A stretch of DNA of 64,000 nt from Thermoplasmatales archaeon (GTDB lineage Archaea > Thermoplasmatota > E2 > DHVEG-1), in NCBI GenBank assembly GCA_020350825.1, contig CP070724.1, positions 1,316,889-1,380,888 on the forward strand, in the 5' to 3' direction. The position numbers and the translations under genes are program-made. Under the pieces are notes generated by a model. It worked only from the letters and a program-made list of their open reading frames with translations. It was not told the DNA's origin and made no database searches. Shown here piece after piece: positions 1-7,855 of the stretch. Within the stretch, counting starts at the first letter, position 1. The number at the start of each line of letters is the position of its first letter.

Positions 1-1
1 A

Positions 2-838
2 ATTCTATTTGTCGGAGCTAGTATTGTATCAGGCATAAATAATGATGTTGAATCAGTCGATGTTATTAATAAGATTGGGACTCTCAATATTGGTACGGAT
101 ACATTTTATCCGATTGATGATACTTTTATTGATAAACCTGATGGCACTAACCTTCCTCGTGGTGATTATGAATATATGATCATTCAAAACGAATATGGAG
201 CAACTCCTGGTTGGCAAATTGATTCTTTGATAACATTTGATATATCATCAGTACCTTCAGATTCAATCATATTATCAGCAGAATTGAAACTCTATTATCA
301 CCAGTGGTATGCAAATAACCCAGCAGGAAGACAGTTGAATCTTTATAAAATTACAAGCGATTGGGATGAAGAAACAGCAACATGGAATAACCAACCATCT
401 TATGCATCTCAACCTACTACAAGTTCACCTGTTCCCTCATCAACTGGTACTTGGATGGAATGGGATGTTACCGAAGATATAAAGGATTTTGTAAGTGGGC
501 AAGAAACCAATTACGGCTGGAAAGTAACTGATGAAAACTACTGGGGAACATTTGATATTCCGCAAACATTTTTCAGAACTAAAGAATCTAGCTATGTCCC
601 TTATCTTGAAATCGAGGTGCTTGTACCACATATGGCGTTCCTATTTGGAAGAATCGAAAACCTCAACACTGAAGGAGATCTCACCACCTTTGATGCAGTA
701 AGATTGCGGTATTTACAATTTTCACCGTTTTCGTTTAATACCTATGTCTCAGGGGAAGAGATTGCAGTTATTGGATCTGGATTGGGAATAATTACTACAG
801 GCTTTGCATTTGGATTCTTTAACAGTGGACTTTTGTAA
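2..838 (+). CDS. Secreted DNRLRE-like domain protein (5' end outside window) with a conserved C-terminal module
   Basis: The frame is open from nt 2 into listed ORF 176..838. Hydrophobic LFVGASIVSG at the window edge looks like a signal or anchor segment. LKLYY, ITSDWDEETATWNNQP and NYGW motifs are typical of DNRLRE-type secreted domains. The last ~67 aa are shared with ORF 10593..12023. Confidence 0.6.
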   Translation: MLFVGASIVSGINNDVESVDVINKIGTLNIGTDTFYPIDDTFIDKPDGTNLPRGDYEYMIIQNEYGATPGWQIDSLITFDISSVPSDSIILSAELKLYYHQWYANNPAGRQLNLYKITSDWDEETATWNNQPSYASQPTTSSPVPSSTGTWMEWDVTEDIKDFVSGQETNYGWKVTDENYWGTFDIPQTFFRTKESSYVPYLEIEVLVPHMAFLFGRIENLNTEGDLTTFDAVRLRYLQFSPFSFNTYVSGEEIAVIGSGLGIITTGFAFGFFNSGLL

Positions 839-851
839 TCAAATCACATTC

Positions 852-866
852 TTTTTTTTTATTTTT
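852..866 (+). terminator. Oligo-T tract (T9 A T5) just after the stop codon, archaeal-type terminator candidate
   Basis: The sequence cttttttttta ttttt lies 14 nt downstream of the stop at 836-838. Confidence 0.35.
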
Positions 867-953
867 CATTTTAACTACAGAATCATCCACGGATATTCCC
901 AATACTAAGATTGCTGTTTGATTTAAACTGAATTTATGGGGCAAAACTGTCTT

Positions 954-1334
954 TCATACTGATTTCATTTCAACATTACTATAACCCCTTGGCTGGGATT
1001 CAAACAACATACCATACTTGTTCAAAGTCTGAATGATAAACTCAAACAGCTTCCTATACGACACAAATGAATTAGGGTGTTTCATATTAGACATTACATT
1101 TGATTTCCAAGCATCAACATCTGATCTTATTGTCGCCTCCCCGTAATCAATCAGATTCGTATATAATGCTACAACACTCTCCACAACCGTTTCACTACCA
1201 GAACTGTCACTACGGTCATCCTTCACATCCATCATAAAACGATGACTTATCGCCTCATTGCAGCGATTAATCTGACGAAGCCAAACCTGACGGATACTAA
1301 CATATTCAGATGGCAAATCCTTCCTCTCAATCAC
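954..1334 (-). CDS. Hypothetical protein (element ORFan)
   Basis: 126-aa ORF, last gene of the co-directional element operon. It lies 5 nt downstream of the preceding ORF. No recognisable motif. Confidence 0.45.
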   Translation of the reverse strand: MIERKDLPSEYVSIRQVWLRQINRCNEAISHRFMMDVKDDRSDSSGSETVVESVVALYTNLIDYGEATIRSDVDAWKSNVMSNMKHPNSFVSYRKLFEFIIQTLNKYGMLFESQPRGYSNVEMKSV

Positions 1335-1339
1335 ATTAT

Positions 1340-1816
1340 TTACCTCCTATCATCCAGCTTCTGACTAGAACTAAATGAATAAACACCCTGCTCAGCCCGA
1401 GGTATGTTCTCACCGGACAAATGCACAGCCTCAGCAGCAGACAAAGGAAACAAATACAACAACTTATCATACAAAAAATCCCACAACTCACCGATAGGAA
1501 CAGTTATCTCCACCTCCTCGGGACGAGTAGTTTTCAAACTAACCTTATCCGTAGTTAGGTCAGCAAGTCTCATAGCAAGGTTCTGAATAGATGCAAAAGT
1601 AAACCACCCTTTCTCTATCACCATGCTGACAGGATCAGTGGCACCTTGAGAAAGCAAACTCTTCGGCAGCAACTCATAATACATAAGCTTCTCTTTCATA
1701 TCAAGTGATCGGTTATCCCTTATCAGCTGCTGAACCAACATAGACAGTTTCCGCTGGTTAAACAAACAGTCTTCTAACGTATACCGTATCTGCTTCTGTT
1801 TCTCCTTACCTTTCAT
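1340..1816 (-). CDS. Hypothetical protein (element ORFan)
   Basis: 158-aa ORF overlapping the upstream NTPase gene by 11 nt. No recognisable motif. Confidence 0.5.
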   Translation of the reverse strand: MKGKEKQKQIRYTLEDCLFNQRKLSMLVQQLIRDNRSLDMKEKLMYYELLPKSLLSQGATDPVSMVIEKGWFTFASIQNLAMRLADLTTDKVSLKTTRPEEVEITVPIGELWDFLYDKLLYLFPLSAAEAVHLSGENIPRAEQGVYSFSSSQKLDDRR

Positions 1817-2663
1817 CTACTCTTGCCTCCCAATGCAAACCAGAGACAGGTTTGTAAATATCCCTGAAAACAGTCTTACCGAACTTACCACTAAACTCCA
1901 AATATGCCTCGTTGCCACCTATAGGATCCTCATTCAAGTTATCAATAGCTGTCTGCTTAATCCGAGAGACATTCTCAGCCCTAGCACCAGGAAGATAAAT
2001 ACGGATCATAACCTTGCTCCTTATTCTGTGGTCAATATCACTAATACTCTGGCTATTGGTGTGAAGGTTCATCATGCACTTACGGACCTCTTTACAATCA
2101 GAAGCAAATCCACCTATCTTATGGAAAGTCCTACCAGATGTGAACTGCGGACTAATCTCAGATAATTCATCAATATAGACATGCACCCATTCACCGACAC
2201 CCCTAAGAAAATGAATGAAATCCATCCATTTCTTACGGTCACCAAAAAAGACAGCATTGCACACACCAGGCAATGCTTTTTCGTAACCATCCTGATAATC
2301 CTTAAAATATGTAACTTTAGGATATATCTGTTTCAGCTTGTTATCTCTATCATGGAATGTAACCCCTGAGTCTTTTTTCACCATGATGTTGAAGTTACCT
2401 TTGCCGATCTTGACAAACTGCAACGGTGCATTGTAACAGTTGGAGAAAAACATCTTCTCACCGGGGTGATGTTTATTGGTATAATCCAAGAAACTAAGCG
2501 TGACGCTTGTCTTAGCGCTACCCTGACTGCCACTAATCAAACTGAATACTCCACCAGCATCCATATCGTGTATGTGGCATCTTCTAAGTATACGTTCAGC
2601 ATTAATTTCAGATTTCGATAGATCAACAGCTTCATTTTCAACATTTAAATCTTCATTTTTCAA
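1806..2663 (-). CDS. P-loop NTPase (Zot-like or FtsK/HerA-like, possibly DNA translocation/packaging)
   Basis: Walker A-like ISGSQGSAKTS and Walker B VHVYIDELSE. The start as listed is TTG. The gene is embedded in the element operon. Confidence 0.55.
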   Translation of the reverse strand: MKNEDLNVENEAVDLSKSEINAERILRRCHIHDMDAGGVFSLISGSQGSAKTSVTLSFLDYTNKHHPGEKMFFSNCYNAPLQFVKIGKGNFNIMVKKDSGVTFHDRDNKLKQIYPKVTYFKDYQDGYEKALPGVCNAVFFGDRKKWMDFIHFLRGVGEWVHVYIDELSEISPQFTSGRTFHKIGGFASDCKEVRKCMMNLHTNSQSISDIDHRIRSKVMIRIYLPGARAENVSRIKQTAIDNLNEDPIGGNEAYLEFSGKFGKTVFRDIYKPVSGLHWEARVDER

Positions 2664-2818
2664 ATAATTTCACCTCTAATTTCCGAAGGAAAAAAAGAAT
2701 TCATTATGCACCCCACACGGGTGTATAAATATAAGAGCGCTAAGCACAAATACTGGCATATAAGCAAAAAACCAAGTAATATTTCGAATATCTTTATCAT
2801 GGCACGATTTGGTGTCAT
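2660..2818 (-). CDS. Small hydrophobic protein (52 aa, one predicted TM helix), not in the ORF track
   Basis: My translation is MTPNRAMIKIFEILLGFLLICQYLCLALLYLYTRVGCIMNSFFPSEIRGEII. The ATG directly follows the stop of ORF 2819..3022. Its TGA overlaps the TTG start of ORF 1806..2663 (TTGA). Confidence 0.35.
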   Translation of the reverse strand: MTPNRAMIKIFEILLGFLLICQYLCLALLYLYTRVGCIMNSFFPSEIRGEII

Positions 2819-3022
2819 TTATCCCCCATTTCTATCTGTTGCTTCATACTTTATCTTTAACTCCTCAAATATAGTAATAGCAGTCTTCTTAGCATCCTGC
2901 GGTTCTTTGTTGTAGATTTTAACGGTAAAATTTACACCCTTACTCGTCTGCTTGAGTTCTACACTGCTAATGGATTCTTTGACTTCATTGGTTATGGTTT
3001 CGTTAGCCATAGGGGAGATCAC
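2819..3022 (-). CDS. Hypothetical small protein (element ORFan)
   Basis: 67-aa ORF with a 4-nt overlap with the upstream ORF, consistent with translational coupling. Confidence 0.45.
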   Translation of the reverse strand: MISPMANETITNEVKESISSVELKQTSKGVNFTVKIYNKEPQDAKKTAITIFEELKIKYEATDRNGG

Positions 3023-3309
3023 TCTCCCCCTTTGGCTTTGTCAATCTCTTCCGATAGTGTTTTCCTGGTGTAGCTTTCAGGATTCTTGATACCTAGTTTC
3101 TTGGCATATCCGATCTGTTTAGCAGTAGGTGAACCATCTTCGTTGTTGCCGATAAAATAATGATAAGGTGAGATTATTTTATCCAGTATTGCTACTACTA
3201 CGTTGCCCTGTAGTTTTTCATCTTCATTGGGTACTATTCCTTTCGCTGCATTCTGTGCGAATTTCCAGCTTTCTTTTATGTGATTTTCATATTCTTTTTC
3301 TTTCTCCAT
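3019..3309 (-). CDS. Hypothetical protein (element ORFan)
   Basis: 96-aa ORF lying 3 nt downstream of the Rep-like gene. Contains a PTAKQIGYAKKLGI helix-like motif. No confident family. Confidence 0.5.
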   Translation of the reverse strand: MEKEKEYENHIKESWKFAQNAAKGIVPNEDEKLQGNVVVAILDKIISPYHYFIGNNEDGSPTAKQIGYAKKLGIKNPESYTRKTLSEEIDKAKGGE

Positions 3310-3312
3310 ATT

Positions 3313-5250
3313 TTATTTACCTCCCATAAACACTAATTTTTTCCCCAAGAGTTCTTCGAAAAAGATGTTCCGTTCCAGACAATCATCGATAAAAGGCTGT
3401 CCGTATTTCTCTAAAACAAGCTCGTAGTTGTCGTCAGGATGCTTTTTGATTATTTGGATTGAATCTGTTATTTTCTCATTTAACAAAAAACGCTCTGTAT
3501 TTTCATCCTCAACCTCCTCAGACCCCTCAATCTCGTCAGTTGAGGGTTTGAGGGGTTTGGGAGGGTTGAGGAGTTGGAATCTAGACACTTTTTCAAAAAT
3601 GTCGTTGTAACCATGATTTTGTAAAACGCTGACAAACTCAGATACATTGATAATGTATTTACGTTTACCGCCCTGGCTATACCCAAGATTTTCTTTTTTC
3701 TGTATAAGACCAAGACCATCCAGTATCTTCCGGGGTTTCTGATCACTCGGTGCATACTTGTCATTCGGTGAAAGGTCAAATCTATTCAACAATGCCTCAT
3801 ACAACGTCTCATTCAGAACTTCTACAAAAGCTGAGGTATCAACGTTGATTTGATCTGCAATAGAATCAAGGATGACAAACTCCATCGTCTGAGCATGTTC
3901 TATCTGCAAAACAGGTGCTTTTTCTTCCAGATACTGTTTAACCTTCAACGCATACTCGTTTCCCTTGAAATGCCTGATAATACCCAAAATGATGCTGTTC
4001 TTATCTGTCTCCCTACCAAAAACACCTTCGTCCTCCAAGAGGTTCTTCATCTCTCCAATATCTGATAGGATTTCCTTCCAGTTACAGAGACAGTATACAA
4101 ACAACTTGTTCCTGATAAATTGGAAATGCTTCAACTCCTTGTCACTCAGGTTGAAAATGTTCTTTAATTTCTTGTTGGTTTTAACCTGTAGAATAACATG
4201 ACAGCGGTCTATGAAACTAGGGTCAAAACCTGTGAGATTATTACAGGTAAAAGATTTCATCCCGTAGGTGTTGAAACCTACAACCTGTCTTGTGATATCC
4301 TTCACACCCATGTTGGTTATGGTGTATTTCCCATACTTGTTGAAACCAGTGTTGAACACGTTCACAAGAAGGTTTTTCTCCTCCTTGCTCATCTTCTCGA
4401 ACTCATCCTGATTTAAAGCTATTGAAAACTGATGGATCAACCGTACACTACTGGGAACACTGCCTTTTCCACCAAAGCGACCGTTGAACTGCAAAAACGA
4501 CAATAATGTTAGACCAGTGCTTTTACCAGCGCCCATGCCACCTAGAAAAACCAGGTAGAATACATTCCCCAACAAGTGGATAATATAGGTTACTATAGAA
4601 GCAGTACATAAGACATCGTATTCATACGTGCTGGGGTGAAAATAGTATTTCTTTACTGTTGAACTGACTTCGTTGTATATCTCCTTGGTGTAGATCTTGT
4701 TATTAACAATATTTTGTATTGCTTCGTTATCTATTGTGTTGATCCCATGTGTTTCATCAAAAAACACAGGTTGAGAATATTTATACCTGATATTCTTGTG
4801 TTTGAAGAACTGGTACTGTTCTTCTTTTGGCACGTCCTTTATTTTCTTGTAAACAGGTTTACCGTCATCGTCCAATGTTTCATTTATAAGTATCTTAGCG
4901 TTGTCACGTACAACCTCCAACTTGCCATTGCTCAACAACACAACTGGTGTATGTTTTCCCTGTTTCCGTGCAAAGACAGTGTGGAAAAACAAATCATCAA
5001 CTTCATTGTACAAGAGACCACTGAGAAACGATGTTATCCTGAATCGTTCCTCATCCTCAGGAGTATCCATTATATTCTCAAGAAACTCGACAATTTCTTC
5101 ATGTCTATCTATCTCCGCAACCTCTTGTTGTATCAGTTTGTCGATTTCCCTGCTTTCCCTTAATTTTATCTGTTCTTCATGTCTTCTAAGCTGCTCTTGG
5201 TGTATCTGCAGCTCATCGTGATGGTCCATTGTTGTCCTCCTGTGAAACAA
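3313..5250 (-). CDS. Replication-type P-loop NTPase (SF3 helicase-like / P4-D5-like), N-terminal ~230 aa of unknown fold
   Basis: Walker A FLGGMGAGKSTGL, Walker B ALNQDEFEK, and an Asn-containing sensor-like VNVFNTGFN. The C-terminal region looks wHTH-like. It is the largest ORF of the element. Confidence 0.55.
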   Translation of the reverse strand: MFHRRTTMDHHDELQIHQEQLRRHEEQIKLRESREIDKLIQQEVAEIDRHEEIVEFLENIMDTPEDEERFRITSFLSGLLYNEVDDLFFHTVFARKQGKHTPVVLLSNGKLEVVRDNAKILINETLDDDGKPVYKKIKDVPKEEQYQFFKHKNIRYKYSQPVFFDETHGINTIDNEAIQNIVNNKIYTKEIYNEVSSTVKKYYFHPSTYEYDVLCTASIVTYIIHLLGNVFYLVFLGGMGAGKSTGLTLLSFLQFNGRFGGKGSVPSSVRLIHQFSIALNQDEFEKMSKEEKNLLVNVFNTGFNKYGKYTITNMGVKDITRQVVGFNTYGMKSFTCNNLTGFDPSFIDRCHVILQVKTNKKLKNIFNLSDKELKHFQFIRNKLFVYCLCNWKEILSDIGEMKNLLEDEGVFGRETDKNSIILGIIRHFKGNEYALKVKQYLEEKAPVLQIEHAQTMEFVILDSIADQINVDTSAFVEVLNETLYEALLNRFDLSPNDKYAPSDQKPRKILDGLGLIQKKENLGYSQGGKRKYIINVSEFVSVLQNHGYNDIFEKVSRFQLLNPPKPLKPSTDEIEGSEEVEDENTERFLLNEKITDSIQIIKKHPDDNYELVLEKYGQPFIDDCLERNIFFEELLGKKLVFMGGK

Positions 5251-5398
5251 TCCAAAGTTTGTCGTTGGATTCTTTAAAAATAATCAATCGTTCAACATAA
5301 GGAGTATTAGTTACTAAATCCTTGAAAAAGGGTATATTTTCAGGTAGAATATGAACTACACAAGCTGCAACAATAGGTTTAGAATGATCCTGGTTCAT
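5213..5398 (-). CDS. Hypothetical small protein (element)
   Basis: 61-aa ORF overlapping the 5' end of the Rep-like gene. No motif. Confidence 0.3.
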   Translation of the reverse strand: MNQDHSKPIVAACVVHILPENIPFFKDLVTNTPYVERLIIFKESNDKLWIVSQEDNNGPSR

Positions 5399-5463
5399 GG
5401 TTTACCTTCCCTTGTTTTTTATCCATTTCCAAAAGTAGGTCGTAAAATTCTTGGGGAGAAACA

Positions 5464-5613
5464 TTATCCTGTTGCATCTTGTTCTCCTCCACAAAAAGCA
5501 GTAATAATTTGTCTCAATGCGCAACTGATGCTTGTCTTCTGTTTTTCAGCATATTCTTCGAGAAGAGATACAGATTCAGCATCAAGCACATACGATTTTG
5601 TTTTTAATTCCAT
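5464..5613 (-). CDS. Ribbon-helix-helix (CopG/Arc-like) small regulator, 49 aa, not in the ORF track
   Basis: My translation is MELKTKSYVLDAESVSLLEEYAEKQKTSISCALRQIITAFCGGEQDATG. The beta-strand then helix-helix pattern is typical of RHH proteins. It is the first gene after the divergent promoter. Confidence 0.4.
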   Translation of the reverse strand: MELKTKSYVLDAESVSLLEEYAEKQKTSISCALRQIITAFCGGEQDATG

Positions 5614-5647
5614 AATTCTTAAATAGTAACTGTTGATATATATATTT

Positions 5648-5704
5648 AAAATAAGTATATCTCAAATAAAGTATGTTTACTTTGAACACAACAAAATAAG
5701 TATA
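5648..5704. promoter_or_regulatory. Divergent promoter/operator of the element with AAAATAAGTATA direct repeats
   Basis: An identical 12-mer occurs at 5648-5659 and 5693-5704, with a degenerate copy AAATAAAGTATG at 5664-5675. TATA-rich sequence lies at 5636-5647. The region sits between the RHH gene (-) and ORF 5721 (+). Confidence 0.4.
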
Positions 5705-5720
5705 GTTAAGGTGAAGTTAA

Positions 5721-6551
5721 ATGAAGAAAGAAAAAACACCCAAGATAATGAATTTAGATGAAAAAATATATCTCCTTTGCTATGGAAAATCTAGATATAC
5801 AACAGAAATTGCAGAATTGATCTATGGGAAAGAAGAAAGACAACGATACCCAACAATTACAGGAAAAAATGGAATTATCGCAGAAATGGTGAAAAATAAT
5901 GAACTTACAGAAATACCAATAGAATCAGGAGAAATGGAAGCAATGTTTATTCCAATAAAACCAAAGATAGATACCACAGATGGTAGATCAAAAACATTAA
6001 GAAAATATTACCTTTCTAAAACAACTCCAATTTTTAACAGTATTGTATCTATCTTTAAAGAAAAAAAAATCACTTTGACCAAAGAAGAAAATGAAAATAT
6101 ATTATTTGTTTTAAACTCTCCTGAATATAGAGAATTAATAGAAAATAATCTACCAAAAAAAGAAGTTAATGGTGAAATACAACCTGATATATCTTTAGAT
6201 ATTAATCCAGGTTGGTTTATTATTTCTTCATTTTGTAACACTGCAGGGGTGGTATATGGTATAAAGCATCATTTGAAAAACAGAGGTATATCAGAATCTA
6301 TGATCCTTAAAAGATGGGATTCTGTTTCAGATACAAAACTTAGAAAATACGGACAAAAACAACGGATTATCCAAACAGCGTTAGAAATTCTCAATAAAAG
6401 TATGGGAAATGTAATAGGAAGTAAAAAAGCAGCAAAACTATTCCTAGAAATGAAATTACCTTTGCTCCATAAGTTATCACAGGTAACGACAGAAGGACCA
6501 GTAAATGCTGCATTAATTCTTGCAGGTTCCATCCTAGGGAACCATCATTAA
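5721..6551 (+). CDS. Hypothetical protein with possible N-terminal winged-helix DNA-binding domain
   Basis: 276-aa ORF divergent from the element operon. The N-terminus LDEKIYLLCYGKSRYTTEIAELIYG is HTH-like. It overlaps the integrase stop by 4 nt (convergent). Confidence 0.5.
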   Translation: MKKEKTPKIMNLDEKIYLLCYGKSRYTTEIAELIYGKEERQRYPTITGKNGIIAEMVKNNELTEIPIESGEMEAMFIPIKPKIDTTDGRSKTLRKYYLSKTTPIFNSIVSIFKEKKITLTKEENENILFVLNSPEYRELIENNLPKKEVNGEIQPDISLDINPGWFIISSFCNTAGVVYGIKHHLKNRGISESMILKRWDSVSDTKLRKYGQKQRIIQTALEILNKSMGNVIGSKKAAKLFLEMKLPLLHKLSQVTTEGPVNAALILAGSILGNHH

Positions 6552-7798
6552 TCCTTCTTATCTATTTCTTCTTTTATCAACTTTGCCAGTTCACTTCTAA
6601 GTGCGGGATTGCTTATTATCTCCTGTGCTATGTTTTTTGTTTGTATGCGTTCTCTTAATTCTTGTATTTCCTTATCTTTCTCTTTTAACTGTTCATTAAA
6701 AGTCGTAATTTGTCTTTCATGCTCCTTAAACTTTGGTTTGTATTTGGAATCCATCAAAGACATATCTGAAAACACAGAGAGGCAATCACAATATTCCTCA
6801 TATGACTTCTGTAATTGCTCAGATCTGAATTTTCCATATTTGGTATCCATCCCTTTCTTATGCCCAAAGATTGTATCAAGATGATTCTTGTTAATCTGTG
6901 TACTCATCATCTGAGTTTTTGCAAATTTCCTAAGAGTGTGAATATGATATTTATAATGGGGGTATATCAACTGGGGATTGTCATCTTTTTCGTTAAATGG
7001 TTGTCCTGATGATTCTAACAAGCGATTCCACATTCTAACTGCTGTAGAATAATTAAACGGAAAAATTCTGGGGTCAGTATTTGCATACTCTTCAAATGAA
7101 ATTTCTTTCTCATCTTTAAATAAATGATATTCCTTATCAAAATATTTCCATGTGTAACCTTGCTGTCTTAGTTGTCTTCTCACATATGCTGATTTCTGGA
7201 TTTTCTCTTTAATGTACTTTGTCCTTACTTTTAACCATTCATCTAAAGCTTCTCTTGCCTCTATTGTTATAAAAGTATGGCGTTTGTATCTTTTTTTTGC
7301 AGATTTTGCTTGAATTATAATATGTCTATCTTCAATATCATTAATTGTCAAGGATAGGGTTTCATTTATTCTTTCTCCTGATGTAGCATTTACCAAAAAT
7401 AAAGCTCTATCTTTTATTGTTCCATGCTGAAGAATTTGTTTTAACTCAGAGTTATCAGGAATCTTTTCATCAATTATTTCTGTATCACCCTCTAAATGAT
7501 TATTCAGTTTAATCTGTTTCCATACTCTTGGTTTTATAGATACGTCATTATCGGCTAAAAAATTCTTAATTATATTCAGTATTGCTTTTTGTGTCCCAGG
7601 AGCATAAACATCACGGATAAATACAGAAAACTTTCTTACATCATCCTCATAATCTCTTTTTGATTTAAAATATGTATCAGGTTCAACTCCCAAGAAATCA
7701 AAATATCTTTTCAATAATGATTTATACGATCTCTGAGTTTTTTCACTACCAATCCATTTTACAAAATCTTCTACTATTTTACTTTCTTTTTCCATCAT
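6548..7798 (-). CDS. Tyrosine recombinase / integrase (phage-integrase family) with C-terminal coiled-coil extension
   Basis: N-terminal SAM-like KTQRSYKSLLKRYFDFLG, box I TSGERINETLSLTINDI, a beta-hairpin Lys region, box II HIHTLRKFAKT, and GHKKGMDTKYGKF containing the catalytic Tyr. Confidence 0.85.
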   Translation of the reverse strand: MMEKESKIVEDFVKWIGSEKTQRSYKSLLKRYFDFLGVEPDTYFKSKRDYEDDVRKFSVFIRDVYAPGTQKAILNIIKNFLADNDVSIKPRVWKQIKLNNHLEGDTEIIDEKIPDNSELKQILQHGTIKDRALFLVNATSGERINETLSLTINDIEDRHIIIQAKSAKKRYKRHTFITIEAREALDEWLKVRTKYIKEKIQKSAYVRRQLRQQGYTWKYFDKEYHLFKDEKEISFEEYANTDPRIFPFNYSTAVRMWNRLLESSGQPFNEKDDNPQLIYPHYKYHIHTLRKFAKTQMMSTQINKNHLDTIFGHKKGMDTKYGKFRSEQLQKSYEEYCDCLSVFSDMSLMDSKYKPKFKEHERQITTFNEQLKEKDKEIQELRERIQTKNIAQEIISNPALRSELAKLIKEEIDKKD

Positions 7799-7855
7799 TC
7801 ATCAAAATATCAAATCGAAGATGAAATATATAAATCTATCTGTCAACAAATATTT

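Larger units (their letters stand above)
900..7810. mobile_element. Integrated plasmid/provirus-like element (integrase, Rep-like P-loop protein, second NTPase, RHH regulator, ORFans); boundaries approximate
   Basis: An intact tyrosine recombinase lies at the right edge. A tightly packed minus-strand ORFan operon runs from 5613 to 954 with stop/start overlaps. Region 950-5400 is visibly GC-richer than its flanks. The flanking genes are ordinary host genes. No att repeats could be confirmed. Confidence 0.6.

Noticed and set aside
2706-2915. 69-aa plus-strand ORF inside the element.
   Set aside because: It runs opposite to the tightly coupled minus-strand operon and overlaps two better-supported minus-strand ORFs (2660-2818 and 2819-3022).
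838-7816. An 8-nt direct repeat ATCAAATC at 838-845 and 7809-7816, flanking the putative mobile element, considered as candidate att sites.
   Set aside because: An 8-mer of this composition is expected by chance between two ~100-nt AT-rich windows. No longer flanking repeat was found by eye, so the element borders remain undefined.
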